Shown here: positions 10,442 to 18,579 of the stretch, piece by piece
Position numbering within the stretch: position 1 is the stretch's first letter
How the letters are laid out: each line of letters starts with the position of its first letter
Origin: an uncultured Chloroflexia bacterium
Lineage (GTDB): Bacteria > Chloroflexota > Limnocylindria > Limnocylindrales > CSP1-4
Direction: 5' to 3'
Length of the DNA: 64,000 nucleotides
NCBI GenBank assembly: GCA_963748675.1
Contig: CAVVJX010000009.1
Location: forward strand, 140,931 to 204,930
Notes under the pieces: generated by a model
Told to the model about the DNA's origin: nothing
What the model saw: only the letters and a program-made list of their open reading frames with translations
The model's database searches: none
Translations under genes and position numbers: made by a program

Positions 10442-10512
10442 TGCACAGATGTGCTGAACAGATGTGCATACATGTGCGGCGCATCATCGAGGGGACGACT
10501 GCCCCGTGTCAA
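10442..10512 (-). promoter_or_regulatory. Sigma70 promoter with tandem SorC/LsrR-type operator boxes
   Basis: TTGACA at 10507-10512 (minus strand); imperfect palindromes TGCACA-GA-TGTGCT (10442-10455) and TGAACA-GA-TGTGCA (10455-10468) plus a third ACATGTGC half-site. Confidence 0.65.
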
Positions 10513-10652
10513 ACACGCCGAGCAGCTCGCTCGCCCTGGCCGACCCAGCCGGGCGCCTAGACGCGGACACGAACGAGCGCGGCCTCGGCGAACCGGGACC
10601 GCGCTCGTGCCGTTTGCGACGGGTCGCGACGAGGCCGCGACCGTGCTTGGCC

Positions 10653-12119
10653 CTAGGGGAGCATCCCCCGGAGCGGCGGGACCGACTCGTAGCCCGAGTG
10701 CGGCAGGCCGATGTACGGGAACTCGGTGAGGAACGGCTTGTCGGCATTGGTGTCGACGCCGTCACCGACCTGGTTATTCGGGGACTTGTTCGGCAGGCTG
10801 AACGCTCCGTTGAGGAACGTTCCGTAGCCCTGGGCGATGGCCCGGAGCTCGATGTCGGTCACGTCGTCGACCAGGCGTCGCCCGTTCGGGAAACCGCATA
10901 GGTCGCCAGCGAGGACGGCGAGCCGATCGGGGTTGGCCGCGCTGGCCGTACCACCGGGGCAGGCACCCTTGGCACCAGGCAGGATCGCGGTGTTGACCCG
11001 CAACATGTCGGCGAGGACCGGGGTCTCGCTGATGGCGTTCACACCGGGCACGCCCTTGAGCAGGATGAGCGACAGGTCCGTTCGACCGGTCGTGTCGACG
11101 TCCACGAGTGCGGGGTACAGGAAGTTGATGAGGCCCGCGAGCTCGGGTGCCTCGTAGTACTTCTTGAACTGGCTGTCCTTGGACGGATGCTGGCTGTTCC
11201 AGTAGTCCTTGAGATGGCGCGGGATGACCACCTCGTTGATGAGCGGGTTGCCGAGGCGCGAGACCTGGACCCAGTCACCGGACCACGAGACCTTGCCGCT
11301 CGTGCTGATCTGCTTGCGCTCGCGGCGATCCGCGCTGGCCCACACGCCGATGACCGGCTTGCTGCTCGAGCGACGGACCTCGCTGATCGGCACCTGGAGC
11401 ACGATCGATGCGGTGTTGTAGCCGGCCACGCCATCGATGCCGGCCTCGGTGGCCTTCGGGATGACATGGAGTGTGTTGAACGGACGGAGACCGCCGAGAT
11501 CGAAGATCGACCCGAGATCGACGAAGAACGCGTCGTCGCGCGGGCCGGCGTAGACCTTGCCGCCATTGTTCAGGCTGTGGACGCCCGTCGCGGCCAGCGC
11601 AGCGTAGTTCGGGGTGGAACGCGGGCCGACATTGGCCGGCACGGTTCGAAGGTTGGAACCCAGGGTCTTCGTGTCGCCGCTCTTCATACGCTCGACCTTG
11701 AACTCCTGTGGCGCCAGCCAGTTCGCGTCCGTGACCGAGGTCACCTGGTTGTTGTTGTAGAGGAACGACGAGACGCCGTCCTTGCCGGACTTCGCGCGGT
11801 CTTTGAAGCGGACGGTGTAGGTGACGTCGTCCCGGCCATCACCGGTGTTGTCGATGTGGATCCGGTAGCGGACGCCCTGGTCGAACGGGTGGAAATTCGG
11901 GCCTCCGCCCGGCTGCTGGAGTGGGATGTAGTTGGCCACGATCGTCAGCTTGGTCGGATCGTTCGGGCTGACGAACGCGTAGAGGTCGGTGTTGTCGGCG
12001 GACGGATCGCCGCTGATCAACGGGGCCTCCCGGTGGCTGGATGCGAACACGCCCGAGACGGACGATGCCGCGATGAGCAGGGCGCCGCCGAGGGCGACGA
12101 CCTTGGAACGTCTGGTCAC
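10653..12119 (-). CDS. Secreted DUF4331-domain protein
   Basis: Signal peptide followed by ASSHREAP, DNTDLYAFVS, GPRDDAFFVDL, QVSRLGNPLINE, GFPNGRRLVDDVTDI. Confidence 0.92.
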   Translation of the reverse strand: MTRRSKVVALGGALLIAASSVSGVFASSHREAPLISGDPSADNTDLYAFVSPNDPTKLTIVANYIPLQQPGGGPNFHPFDQGVRYRIHIDNTGDGRDDVTYTVRFKDRAKSGKDGVSSFLYNNNQVTSVTDANWLAPQEFKVERMKSGDTKTLGSNLRTVPANVGPRSTPNYAALAATGVHSLNNGGKVYAGPRDDAFFVDLGSIFDLGGLRPFNTLHVIPKATEAGIDGVAGYNTASIVLQVPISEVRRSSSKPVIGVWASADRRERKQISTSGKVSWSGDWVQVSRLGNPLINEVVIPRHLKDYWNSQHPSKDSQFKKYYEAPELAGLINFLYPALVDVDTTGRTDLSLILLKGVPGVNAISETPVLADMLRVNTAILPGAKGACPGGTASAANPDRLAVLAGDLCGFPNGRRLVDDVTDIELRAIAQGYGTFLNGAFSLPNKSPNNQVGDGVDTNADKPFLTEFPYIGLPHSGYESVPPLRGMLP

Positions 12120-12232
12120 GACGAATCTCCCGATGTGCCTGGGGTGGGTGCGATCCTCCCCAATGGATCGCGGGTCGGGGACTGACGGGACTCGGCGGTC
12201 GCGACTTCACCGATGTTTCCGTCCGGCGGTGG

Positions 12233-12258
12233 TTCGCGGGTGGGGCCTGGTCGGATGA
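12233..12258 (-). promoter_or_regulatory. SigK-like ECF promoter (TCATCC-N15-GCGAA)
   Basis: Resembles the mycobacterial SigK consensus CCATCC-N15-CCGAA; a twin motif lies upstream of the adjacent TPR gene. Confidence 0.55.
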
Positions 12259-12277
12259 ATCCGGTGCGGTTGGGTGC

Positions 12278-13651
12278 TCAGCGCTCGATCTGGTCGAGGA
12301 GCCGGCGGGCTTCGCCGACGTCCGTCGCGGAGAATCCCGGGTCCGTCTGGAGCGCCGCCTCGATGTGACGGCGGGCCGTGAGCTTGTCGCCGCGAGCGAG
12401 GGCGATGGCCCCGGCGTGGTAGGCGAACCGCGGATCACGGGAGCCAAGCCGCAGGGCTTCCTGTACCCGCTCCCAGGCCTCGTCGTCCCGGCCGGCACGG
12501 TGCAAGGCCCAACCGAGCGCATCGGCGGCGCGGACCGTGGGCGTCGCCGCGTACGCCGCTTCCGCCAGCGTCAGGGCCGTGGTCGCGTCGCCGTGATCGG
12601 CCTCGAATAGAGCCAGCTCAAGGTCGACGACGACGCCGCTCGACCCCAGCAGCGCGATCTGCGCCCGGGCGAGGTCGTACTGATCCTGGGCGTCGCCTGT
12701 GTTGCCGGCCGCCTCGAGGGTCTCACCGAGCGCGATCACGTATTCGGGTGACGGCAGGATCTCAACGGCGCGGTCGAACTGGGCCTGCGCCGTGGCGAGG
12801 TCGCCGGCCGCGACGGCAAGCCGACCCAGGCCGGCGATGGACGGGGCGTGCTGCGGGATGAGACGCAGGGCCGCGTCGTATGCATCGCGGGCCGCGTCCG
12901 GTTGGCCGCTCTGTTGCTCGAGCTGGCCAACAAGCGCCAGGGCGAAGGCGGTGTTCTCGGGCGCGAGGCCGGGTGCCGCCACGGCCTGCTGCATCGCCTC
13001 CAGGGCGCCGGCCAGGTCGCCGTGCAGCTCGCGGATATAGGACAGTCGGGCGAGGCTCGTGAGATCCGCGGACTGATCGACCAGGCGATCGACCGCGTCG
13101 GAGGCGTCGTCGTACCGCCCGAGTTCGATCAGGGCGTCGATGACAACGGCGCGCGCTCCCGACGACGACGGGTCGAGCGTGGTTGCCGCCTCCCCGACGC
13201 GGAGCGCCTCGGCGAACTCGTGCTTGCCGAGCAGGATCCCGCCGAGACCGACCAGCGGCAACGCGTCATCGGGGCGGAGCCGGCGCGCCGCCCCCAGGGC
13301 CTCTTCCGCAGCCGCGTAGAGCGACGGGTCGGCCGTCTCGCGGATCCGCTGCAGGAGCGCAAGGCCCAGCTGGAGTTGCGCCTCGGCGTCGTCAGGATCC
13401 TCAGCGACGCGACCGGAGAAGAACTCGATAAGGCCCTGGGTGGGAGGCGTGGTCGGGGGCGCCGCTCGCGTGGGCGGCGGCGACGGGATGAGGGTCGCCG
13501 TCGGCGGCACGCTCCCGGCGCCGGCGGTCGTGTCGGACGCGGGAGAAGCCGTCCCACCGCACGCCGCGACGAGCAACGCGCCCACCACCAGCGCCGAGAG
13601 CCGGCTCGAGCGGGGCGCGAGAACACGAGGCGTCCACGTCATCACGGTCAC
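12278..13651 (-). CDS. Tetratricopeptide-repeat lipoprotein (usual DUF4331 partner)
   Basis: Lipobox LVAAC, Pro/Thr linker, multiple TPR helices (LARLSYIRELHGD, ADALGWALHRAG, YHAGAIA). Confidence 0.85.
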   Translation of the reverse strand: MTVMTWTPRVLAPRSSRLSALVVGALLVAACGGTASPASDTTAGAGSVPPTATLIPSPPPTRAAPPTTPPTQGLIEFFSGRVAEDPDDAEAQLQLGLALLQRIRETADPSLYAAAEEALGAARRLRPDDALPLVGLGGILLGKHEFAEALRVGEAATTLDPSSSGARAVVIDALIELGRYDDASDAVDRLVDQSADLTSLARLSYIRELHGDLAGALEAMQQAVAAPGLAPENTAFALALVGQLEQQSGQPDAARDAYDAALRLIPQHAPSIAGLGRLAVAAGDLATAQAQFDRAVEILPSPEYVIALGETLEAAGNTGDAQDQYDLARAQIALLGSSGVVVDLELALFEADHGDATTALTLAEAAYAATPTVRAADALGWALHRAGRDDEAWERVQEALRLGSRDPRFAYHAGAIALARGDKLTARRHIEAALQTDPGFSATDVGEARRLLDQIER

Positions 13652-13654
13652 GGG

Positions 13655-13680
13655 TACGGGCTATGTGTTCCGGCGGATGA
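13655..13680 (-). promoter_or_regulatory. SigK-like ECF promoter (TCATCC-N15-CCGTA), likely giving a leaderless mRNA
   Basis: Same -35 and spacing as 12233-12258; the -10 lies a few nt before the start codons. Confidence 0.55.
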
Positions 13681-13711
13681 CCGATCGCCGAGGGATCGTC
13701 GCTGGCGCCTG

Positions 13712-14074
13712 TCAGTTCGGAGGTCGGTTCGGATCTGGGAGATCGTCCACGCCGAGGTAGACCACTCGGGTGGAGACATCGAAGCAGCCCGCCTGCGAGA
13801 TTTCCCCGCTAAATGACACCAACTCTCCGTTGCCATCGAAAAGCATCGAGGGTCGGTCCGGGTCGAACGTGAACACGTTCGGTGATCGAGGTCGCACCGT
13901 CACCTCTTGCCCGGTCGCGTAGTGGGTCGCCCATACCCTTCGCGGATCCTGGGCATCGACATGAAGTTCGGCTCGAAACGGCTGCTCGATGCAAACCACG
14001 GCCGGGCTCGCCGTCGCTCCGTCACCGCAGCCGACGGCGAGAACCAGCGGGATGAGTAAACGCATGTAGCGCAT
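13712..14074 (-). CDS. Small hypothetical lipoprotein
   Basis: MRYMRLLIPLVLAVGC lipobox-like N-terminus, 120 aa, two further Cys; starts 2 nt after the upstream stop. Confidence 0.55.
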   Translation of the reverse strand: MRYMRLLIPLVLAVGCGDGATASPAVVCIEQPFRAELHVDAQDPRRVWATHYATGQEVTVRPRSPNVFTFDPDRPSMLFDGNGELVSFSGEISQAGCFDVSTRVVYLGVDDLPDPNRPPN

Positions 14075-14076
14075 GC

Positions 14077-15468
14077 CTAGCCGAGTACGCGCCCCGGGTT
14101 CAGCAGACCCTGCGGATCGAGCGCGGCCTTGATCGCCCGCATCACCCGAACCGCGTCCGCGCCGCGCTGCACCTCCAGCCACTCGACCCGGGCGGAGCCG
14201 ATGCCGTGCTCCCCGGTCACGGTGCCACCGAGGTCGATGGCGGCCTGGTAGAGGTCCGCCTGGACGGCCTTCGTGATCGCGGCGCCATTCGGGTCGCCGC
14301 GCTCCAGGACGAGATCCGGATGGAGGTTCCCATCGCCGGCGTGCCCGAACGTCCCGATCCGGACGTCGTGCTTGGCGGCGATCCGCTCGATCTCCCGAAG
14401 CATGGCCGGGACTCGCGACCGCGGGACGCCGACGTCCTCCATCTTCACGTCGCCGAGCTTCTCGAGGGCCCAGTGGGCGGCCCGGCGCGCCTGGCGCAGC
14501 AGGTCGGCTTCGGCGACGTCGCGCGAGCGGACCGTGGTCGTGGCACCGGCCGCCGTGCACGCTGCTTCCCCGCGGGTCAGCTCGTCGTCCGCGGCCGCGC
14601 CCGGCAGGTCGGACTCGATCATCAGCATGGCCGCGGCGTCGCGGTCCAGGCCCAGGCCGTGCATGTCGTCGACGGCGCGGATCGTGAACCGGTCCATGAG
14701 CTCGAGGGTCACCGGAGAGAGCCCGGCCGCCGCGATTGCCGCCACGCCGTCACCGGCCGACTCGAGCGTGGGAAAGAACGCCAGGAGCGTCGCTCGAGGA
14801 GCGGGGGCCGGTCGAAGCCGGAGGGTGGCCTCCGTGATGAGCGCGAGCGTGCCCTGGGAACCCACGATCAGGTGGGTCAGCGAGTACCCGGCCACGTCCT
14901 TGATGCTCTTGCCGCCGGTCCTGATGACGGCGCCGTCGGCCATCACGACCTCGAGCGAGAGCACGGCGTCGCGCGTCTGGCCGTATTTCACGCAGCACAG
15001 CCCGCCGGCGTTCGTCCCGAGGTTGCCGCCGATCGAGCACATCTCGAAGCTCGCGGGATCGGGCGCGTAGAACAGCCCGCGTTCCGCGACCGCGGCCTTG
15101 AGCGTCGCGTTGATGACCCCGGGCTGGGTGACGACGCACAGGTTCTCGACGTCGATCTCGAGGATCCGGTCCATGGCCGTGAAGGCGATCGTCAGCGCGC
15201 CCTCGAGGCCAGCCGCGCCGCCGCTCAGCCCGGAGCCCGCACCACGCGGCACGATCGGGACATCGTGCTCGGCGCAGATCCTCACGAGCTCGGCGACCTC
15301 GGCGGTCGCGGTCGGCAACGCTACGGCGCCCGGCAGCCCGGCCGGCAGGTACTCGGTCTCGTCGCGCCGATAGGTCTCGCGGTCGGTCGCATCGCTCAGG
15401 ACGCGCAGGCCGGGGATGCGGGTCCGGACGGCGTCGAGGAAGGGTTCGGTGACGGTGCCCGTGGCCAT
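14077..15468 (-). CDS. FAD-linked oxidase, GlcD/D-lactate dehydrogenase family
   Basis: PRGAGSGLSGG, APDPAS, IGGNLGTNAGG, GSQGTL, GHAGDGNLH, TGEHGIG, DPQGLLNPG. Confidence 0.92.
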   Translation of the reverse strand: MATGTVTEPFLDAVRTRIPGLRVLSDATDRETYRRDETEYLPAGLPGAVALPTATAEVAELVRICAEHDVPIVPRGAGSGLSGGAAGLEGALTIAFTAMDRILEIDVENLCVVTQPGVINATLKAAVAERGLFYAPDPASFEMCSIGGNLGTNAGGLCCVKYGQTRDAVLSLEVVMADGAVIRTGGKSIKDVAGYSLTHLIVGSQGTLALITEATLRLRPAPAPRATLLAFFPTLESAGDGVAAIAAAGLSPVTLELMDRFTIRAVDDMHGLGLDRDAAAMLMIESDLPGAAADDELTRGEAACTAAGATTTVRSRDVAEADLLRQARRAAHWALEKLGDVKMEDVGVPRSRVPAMLREIERIAAKHDVRIGTFGHAGDGNLHPDLVLERGDPNGAAITKAVQADLYQAAIDLGGTVTGEHGIGSARVEWLEVQRGADAVRVMRAIKAALDPQGLLNPGRVLG

Positions 15469-15535
15469 GGCGGTGAGTGTAGGGGGACCATCGGCCCGGA
15501 GGCCGATTGGACGGTCGCGGGTAGGATGTTCCCAG

Positions 15536-16948
15536 ATGACCGAGCGTCCCCGAAGTCCACGCCGCCTGCCCACCACGCTCGCGGCCGTGATCGTCGCGAG
15601 CCTGTTCACGCTCGCCCCGGCCTCTGCGCGCCCCGTCGTCGCGGCAGATCCCGAGGCCGTGGCGCCATCGCTCAAGACGCCGGCAACCACGGTCGTGGGC
15701 GTGAACGCCATCACACCCGGCACCGTCAACCGCACGAGCGTCAACCTGACCGCCTCGTACGCGGTCACGCTCTCGCTGCGCTACGGGTCCAGGGGCTTCT
15801 CGGTCGATTCGACCGCGACCATCACGAACACCTCGGGCGGCCCGATCGACCGGATCGAGCTCAACACCATCGCCGCCCGTCTGGGCGGGATGACGCTGCG
15901 CTACGTCCAGGTCGACGGGGGCAACGTCGCTCGACGCGTCAAGGACCAGACGATCATCGTGCCCCTGGGCGGCATCCTCGCGGACGGAGCGTCGGTCAAG
16001 GTCCGCGTCAAGTACCACGCCACGCTCCGGTCGACCCTCAGTGGCTCGAACTGGCTGTTCACAAAGGTCAACGGCATCGTCGATGCCTATCGTTGGATCC
16101 CGTGGGTGAGCCGCGAGACCCCGTTCAGCCGACCGAACCACGGAGACCCGTTCGTCACGCCGGTCAGCCCGCTGGTGAAACTCAGGATCGTCACGGACCG
16201 CAAGCTCGTGTTCGCCGTGAACGCGAGTCGGATCTCCGTCTCGACGAACGGCCTGACGCAGATCTTCGAAGCACGGAACGTCCGCGACGTGACGATCACG
16301 GCCGCGCCCGACTTCCGCACTCGGACGACCGCCGTTGGCAAGGTCCAGGTCCGCTACTACTACCGCTCGGGAGCGAATGCCGCGACGGTCCTCGACGCGG
16401 CCGCGGACGCCATCCGTGCCTACCAGGCACGCGTGGGTCCCTACCCGTACACGACGTTCAAGATCGCCCAATCGGCGGGCGGATACGGGATGGAATCACC
16501 GGGCATGATCTGGATCCCGTACGGCCATGGCAGCGCGAACCTGCGCTACCTGGTTTCTCACGAGACGGCCCACCAGTGGTTTTACAGCCTCGTGGGGAAC
16601 GACCAGGCACGCCAGCCGTTCGCGGACGAGGCCACGGCGGACTTCCTGGCTCGCGAGATCACGCGGACTCGACGCGGTTCGCGCTGCTCGACGGGCCTGC
16701 TCGACCGGTCGATCTACAGCTACTCGAGCGCCTGCTACTACGAGATCGTCTACATCCAGGGCGGCAACCTGCTCAACGAGGCGCGCCGGCGGATGGGCTC
16801 GACGGCGTTCTGGTCGGCGCTGCGCAAGTACGTCGTGGCGAATCGCTTCGGCCTGACGGGCACGAGCACGCTGCTCCGAACGCTCGACAACTCGACCTCG
16901 GTCGATCTCTCGAAGCTGTTCCGGCCGCGCTTCCCCAAGTACTACTGA
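15536..16948 (+). CDS. Secreted M1-family (gluzincin) zinc aminopeptidase
   Basis: Signal peptide, YGMESPG (GxMEx), HETAHQWF..18..E zinc motif, C-terminal VYIQG. Confidence 0.85.
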   Translation: MTERPRSPRRLPTTLAAVIVASLFTLAPASARPVVAADPEAVAPSLKTPATTVVGVNAITPGTVNRTSVNLTASYAVTLSLRYGSRGFSVDSTATITNTSGGPIDRIELNTIAARLGGMTLRYVQVDGGNVARRVKDQTIIVPLGGILADGASVKVRVKYHATLRSTLSGSNWLFTKVNGIVDAYRWIPWVSRETPFSRPNHGDPFVTPVSPLVKLRIVTDRKLVFAVNASRISVSTNGLTQIFEARNVRDVTITAAPDFRTRTTAVGKVQVRYYYRSGANAATVLDAAADAIRAYQARVGPYPYTTFKIAQSAGGYGMESPGMIWIPYGHGSANLRYLVSHETAHQWFYSLVGNDQARQPFADEATADFLAREITRTRRGSRCSTGLLDRSIYSYSSACYYEIVYIQGGNLLNEARRRMGSTAFWSALRKYVVANRFGLTGTSTLLRTLDNSTSVDLSKLFRPRFPKYY

Positions 16949-17760
16949 GCGACGCGGCGGTCCGCGGCGAGCGCCTGCGGCATCTGCCGGAACGCGGCCG
17001 GCAGTAGCGGGTTCCAGGCCCGCCAGCCCGCGACGAGCCAGTCCGCGACGAGCCGCTCGCGCCAGCCCCAGCGCAGCCGATAGCCCTCGCGGACGCTCGG
17101 CGGCAGCAGGCCGACGGCCGGCCACAGCGTCCAGCCGTACGCCCGCGGATCGAGCGGCAGCCGTGCCAGCAACCCGGGGAGTGGCGGCTTGAGGATCGTG
17201 GCCGCGAGCTCGCGCGCCGTGTCCGTGACGTGGACCCCGCCACCCGGGGCGAGCCGCTCGGCCATGTACGCGTCGAACGCGTCGATGGTCGGCGGCAGCA
17301 GCCGGTCGGTCACGCCGAAGGCCCGCGCGATCGGCAGCGTCTCCTCGTAGAAGCGCGCGACCCGCTCGCGCGACAACGGGCCGAGCCAGGCGTCGTTGCC
17401 CACGATCGTCGAGTCGATGAGCGTTGCGTGGACCCAGAGCGAGAGGACGGGATCACGCGCGGAGTAGCCGGCTCCGCGGATCCCTCGATGCAGCGCGTTC
17501 AGCCGCCGGATCTCCCCGCGCGCCGCGGACAGCGAGCCGTAGATGATCCGCTCGTAGCTGCGGAGCGTGCCGTCCAGGCGGCGCCACGGGTCCGCCCGGA
17601 AGTCGGAGTGCTCGTCGACACCGGCGGCCACGGCCGGGTCCGCGAGCTGAAGCAGCAGCGCGCGAGGGCCCACGCCCAGGATCAACATGGCCTCGCGGTC
17701 GAGCTGCCACGCCTCCGATCCCGGCCCGAACATCCCGATCGCCTCGGCCTGCGTATCCAT
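16942..17760 (-). CDS. Oxygenase MpaB/DUF2236-family protein
   Basis: ALLLQLADPAVAAGVDEHSDFRADPWRRL, YSARDP..LWVHATL. Confidence 0.85.
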   Translation of the reverse strand: MDTQAEAIGMFGPGSEAWQLDREAMLILGVGPRALLLQLADPAVAAGVDEHSDFRADPWRRLDGTLRSYERIIYGSLSAARGEIRRLNALHRGIRGAGYSARDPVLSLWVHATLIDSTIVGNDAWLGPLSRERVARFYEETLPIARAFGVTDRLLPPTIDAFDAYMAERLAPGGGVHVTDTARELAATILKPPLPGLLARLPLDPRAYGWTLWPAVGLLPPSVREGYRLRWGWRERLVADWLVAGWRAWNPLLPAAFRQMPQALAADRRVAQ

Positions 17761-17838
17761 GCGGGCACGATACCGCCGCGATCCATGGAGGACGCTGATG
17801 GGACGCTGGGGCGGCGCCCGTGGTCGCTGGGGCGAGCC

Positions 17839-18477
17839 TCAGCGATCGTCCGGCCGGCGGCCGATGAGCCACCACGCCGCGGGAAAGATGCCGGCCGCCA
17901 CGGCCAGCTTGGCCGCATCCCAGACGAGGAACTTGGTCATGCCCTCGGAGACCGCCGTTTCCCACGGGATGCCGGTCGACGCCTTCAGCCAGGGCACGCC
18001 GATCGCATAGATGATCGCGGTCCCGATGGCCATCGCCGCCAGCGACCCGCCGATGCGCCGGTCCCAGCCGAGCTCCGCCAGCCGCCCGACCACTGCGGCG
18101 GCGACGACGAAACCGATCAGGTAGCCACCGGTCGCGCCCTGGATGATCGCCAGCCCGGACTTGTCCTGCGCGTACACGGGGACGCCGATCGCCCCGATCG
18201 CCACGTAGAGCAGGAGCGCAGCAGCGCCGCGCCGGAAGCCGAGGGCGCCACCGACGACCAGGACACCGAAGGTCTGGGCCGTGAACGGCACGGGTGTCGT
18301 CGGGATGACGATCCGGGCGCACAGGATGACGAACAACGTGCCGGCCGTGATCAGCGCCACGTGCCGGATGCGAGTTCCCAGGCGTTCGCCGACGCTGATG
18401 GGGACCAGGAAATCGGCGAGGGTGATGCCGCGCTCGGCGGCCGTACTGCGGTCCAGTCTCGGAATGGCGATGGTCAT
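17839..18477 (-). CDS. bioY: Biotin transporter BioY
   Basis: PVPFTAQTFGVL, GAIGVPVYA, TGGYLIGF, IYAIGVPWL; GGAG RBS. Confidence 0.92.
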   Translation of the reverse strand: MTIAIPRLDRSTAAERGITLADFLVPISVGERLGTRIRHVALITAGTLFVILCARIVIPTTPVPFTAQTFGVLVVGGALGFRRGAAALLLYVAIGAIGVPVYAQDKSGLAIIQGATGGYLIGFVVAAAVVGRLAELGWDRRIGGSLAAMAIGTAIIYAIGVPWLKASTGIPWETAVSEGMTKFLVWDAAKLAVAAGIFPAAWWLIGRRPDDR

Positions 18478-18579
18478 CGAGGCTCCGTAGGGTCGTCGTG
18501 CTGGGGCACGCGCTGGACGCCCGGAGTCTAGCATCGACGCCGCGACCGGCGAGGGCTGGCCGGGCGGACCGCGAACGGG

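Noticed and set aside
10574-10609. Hairpin ACGAGCGCGG/CCGCGCTCGT as a possible ncRNA
   Set aside because: Best explained as a terminator-like stem downstream of the DUF4331 gene
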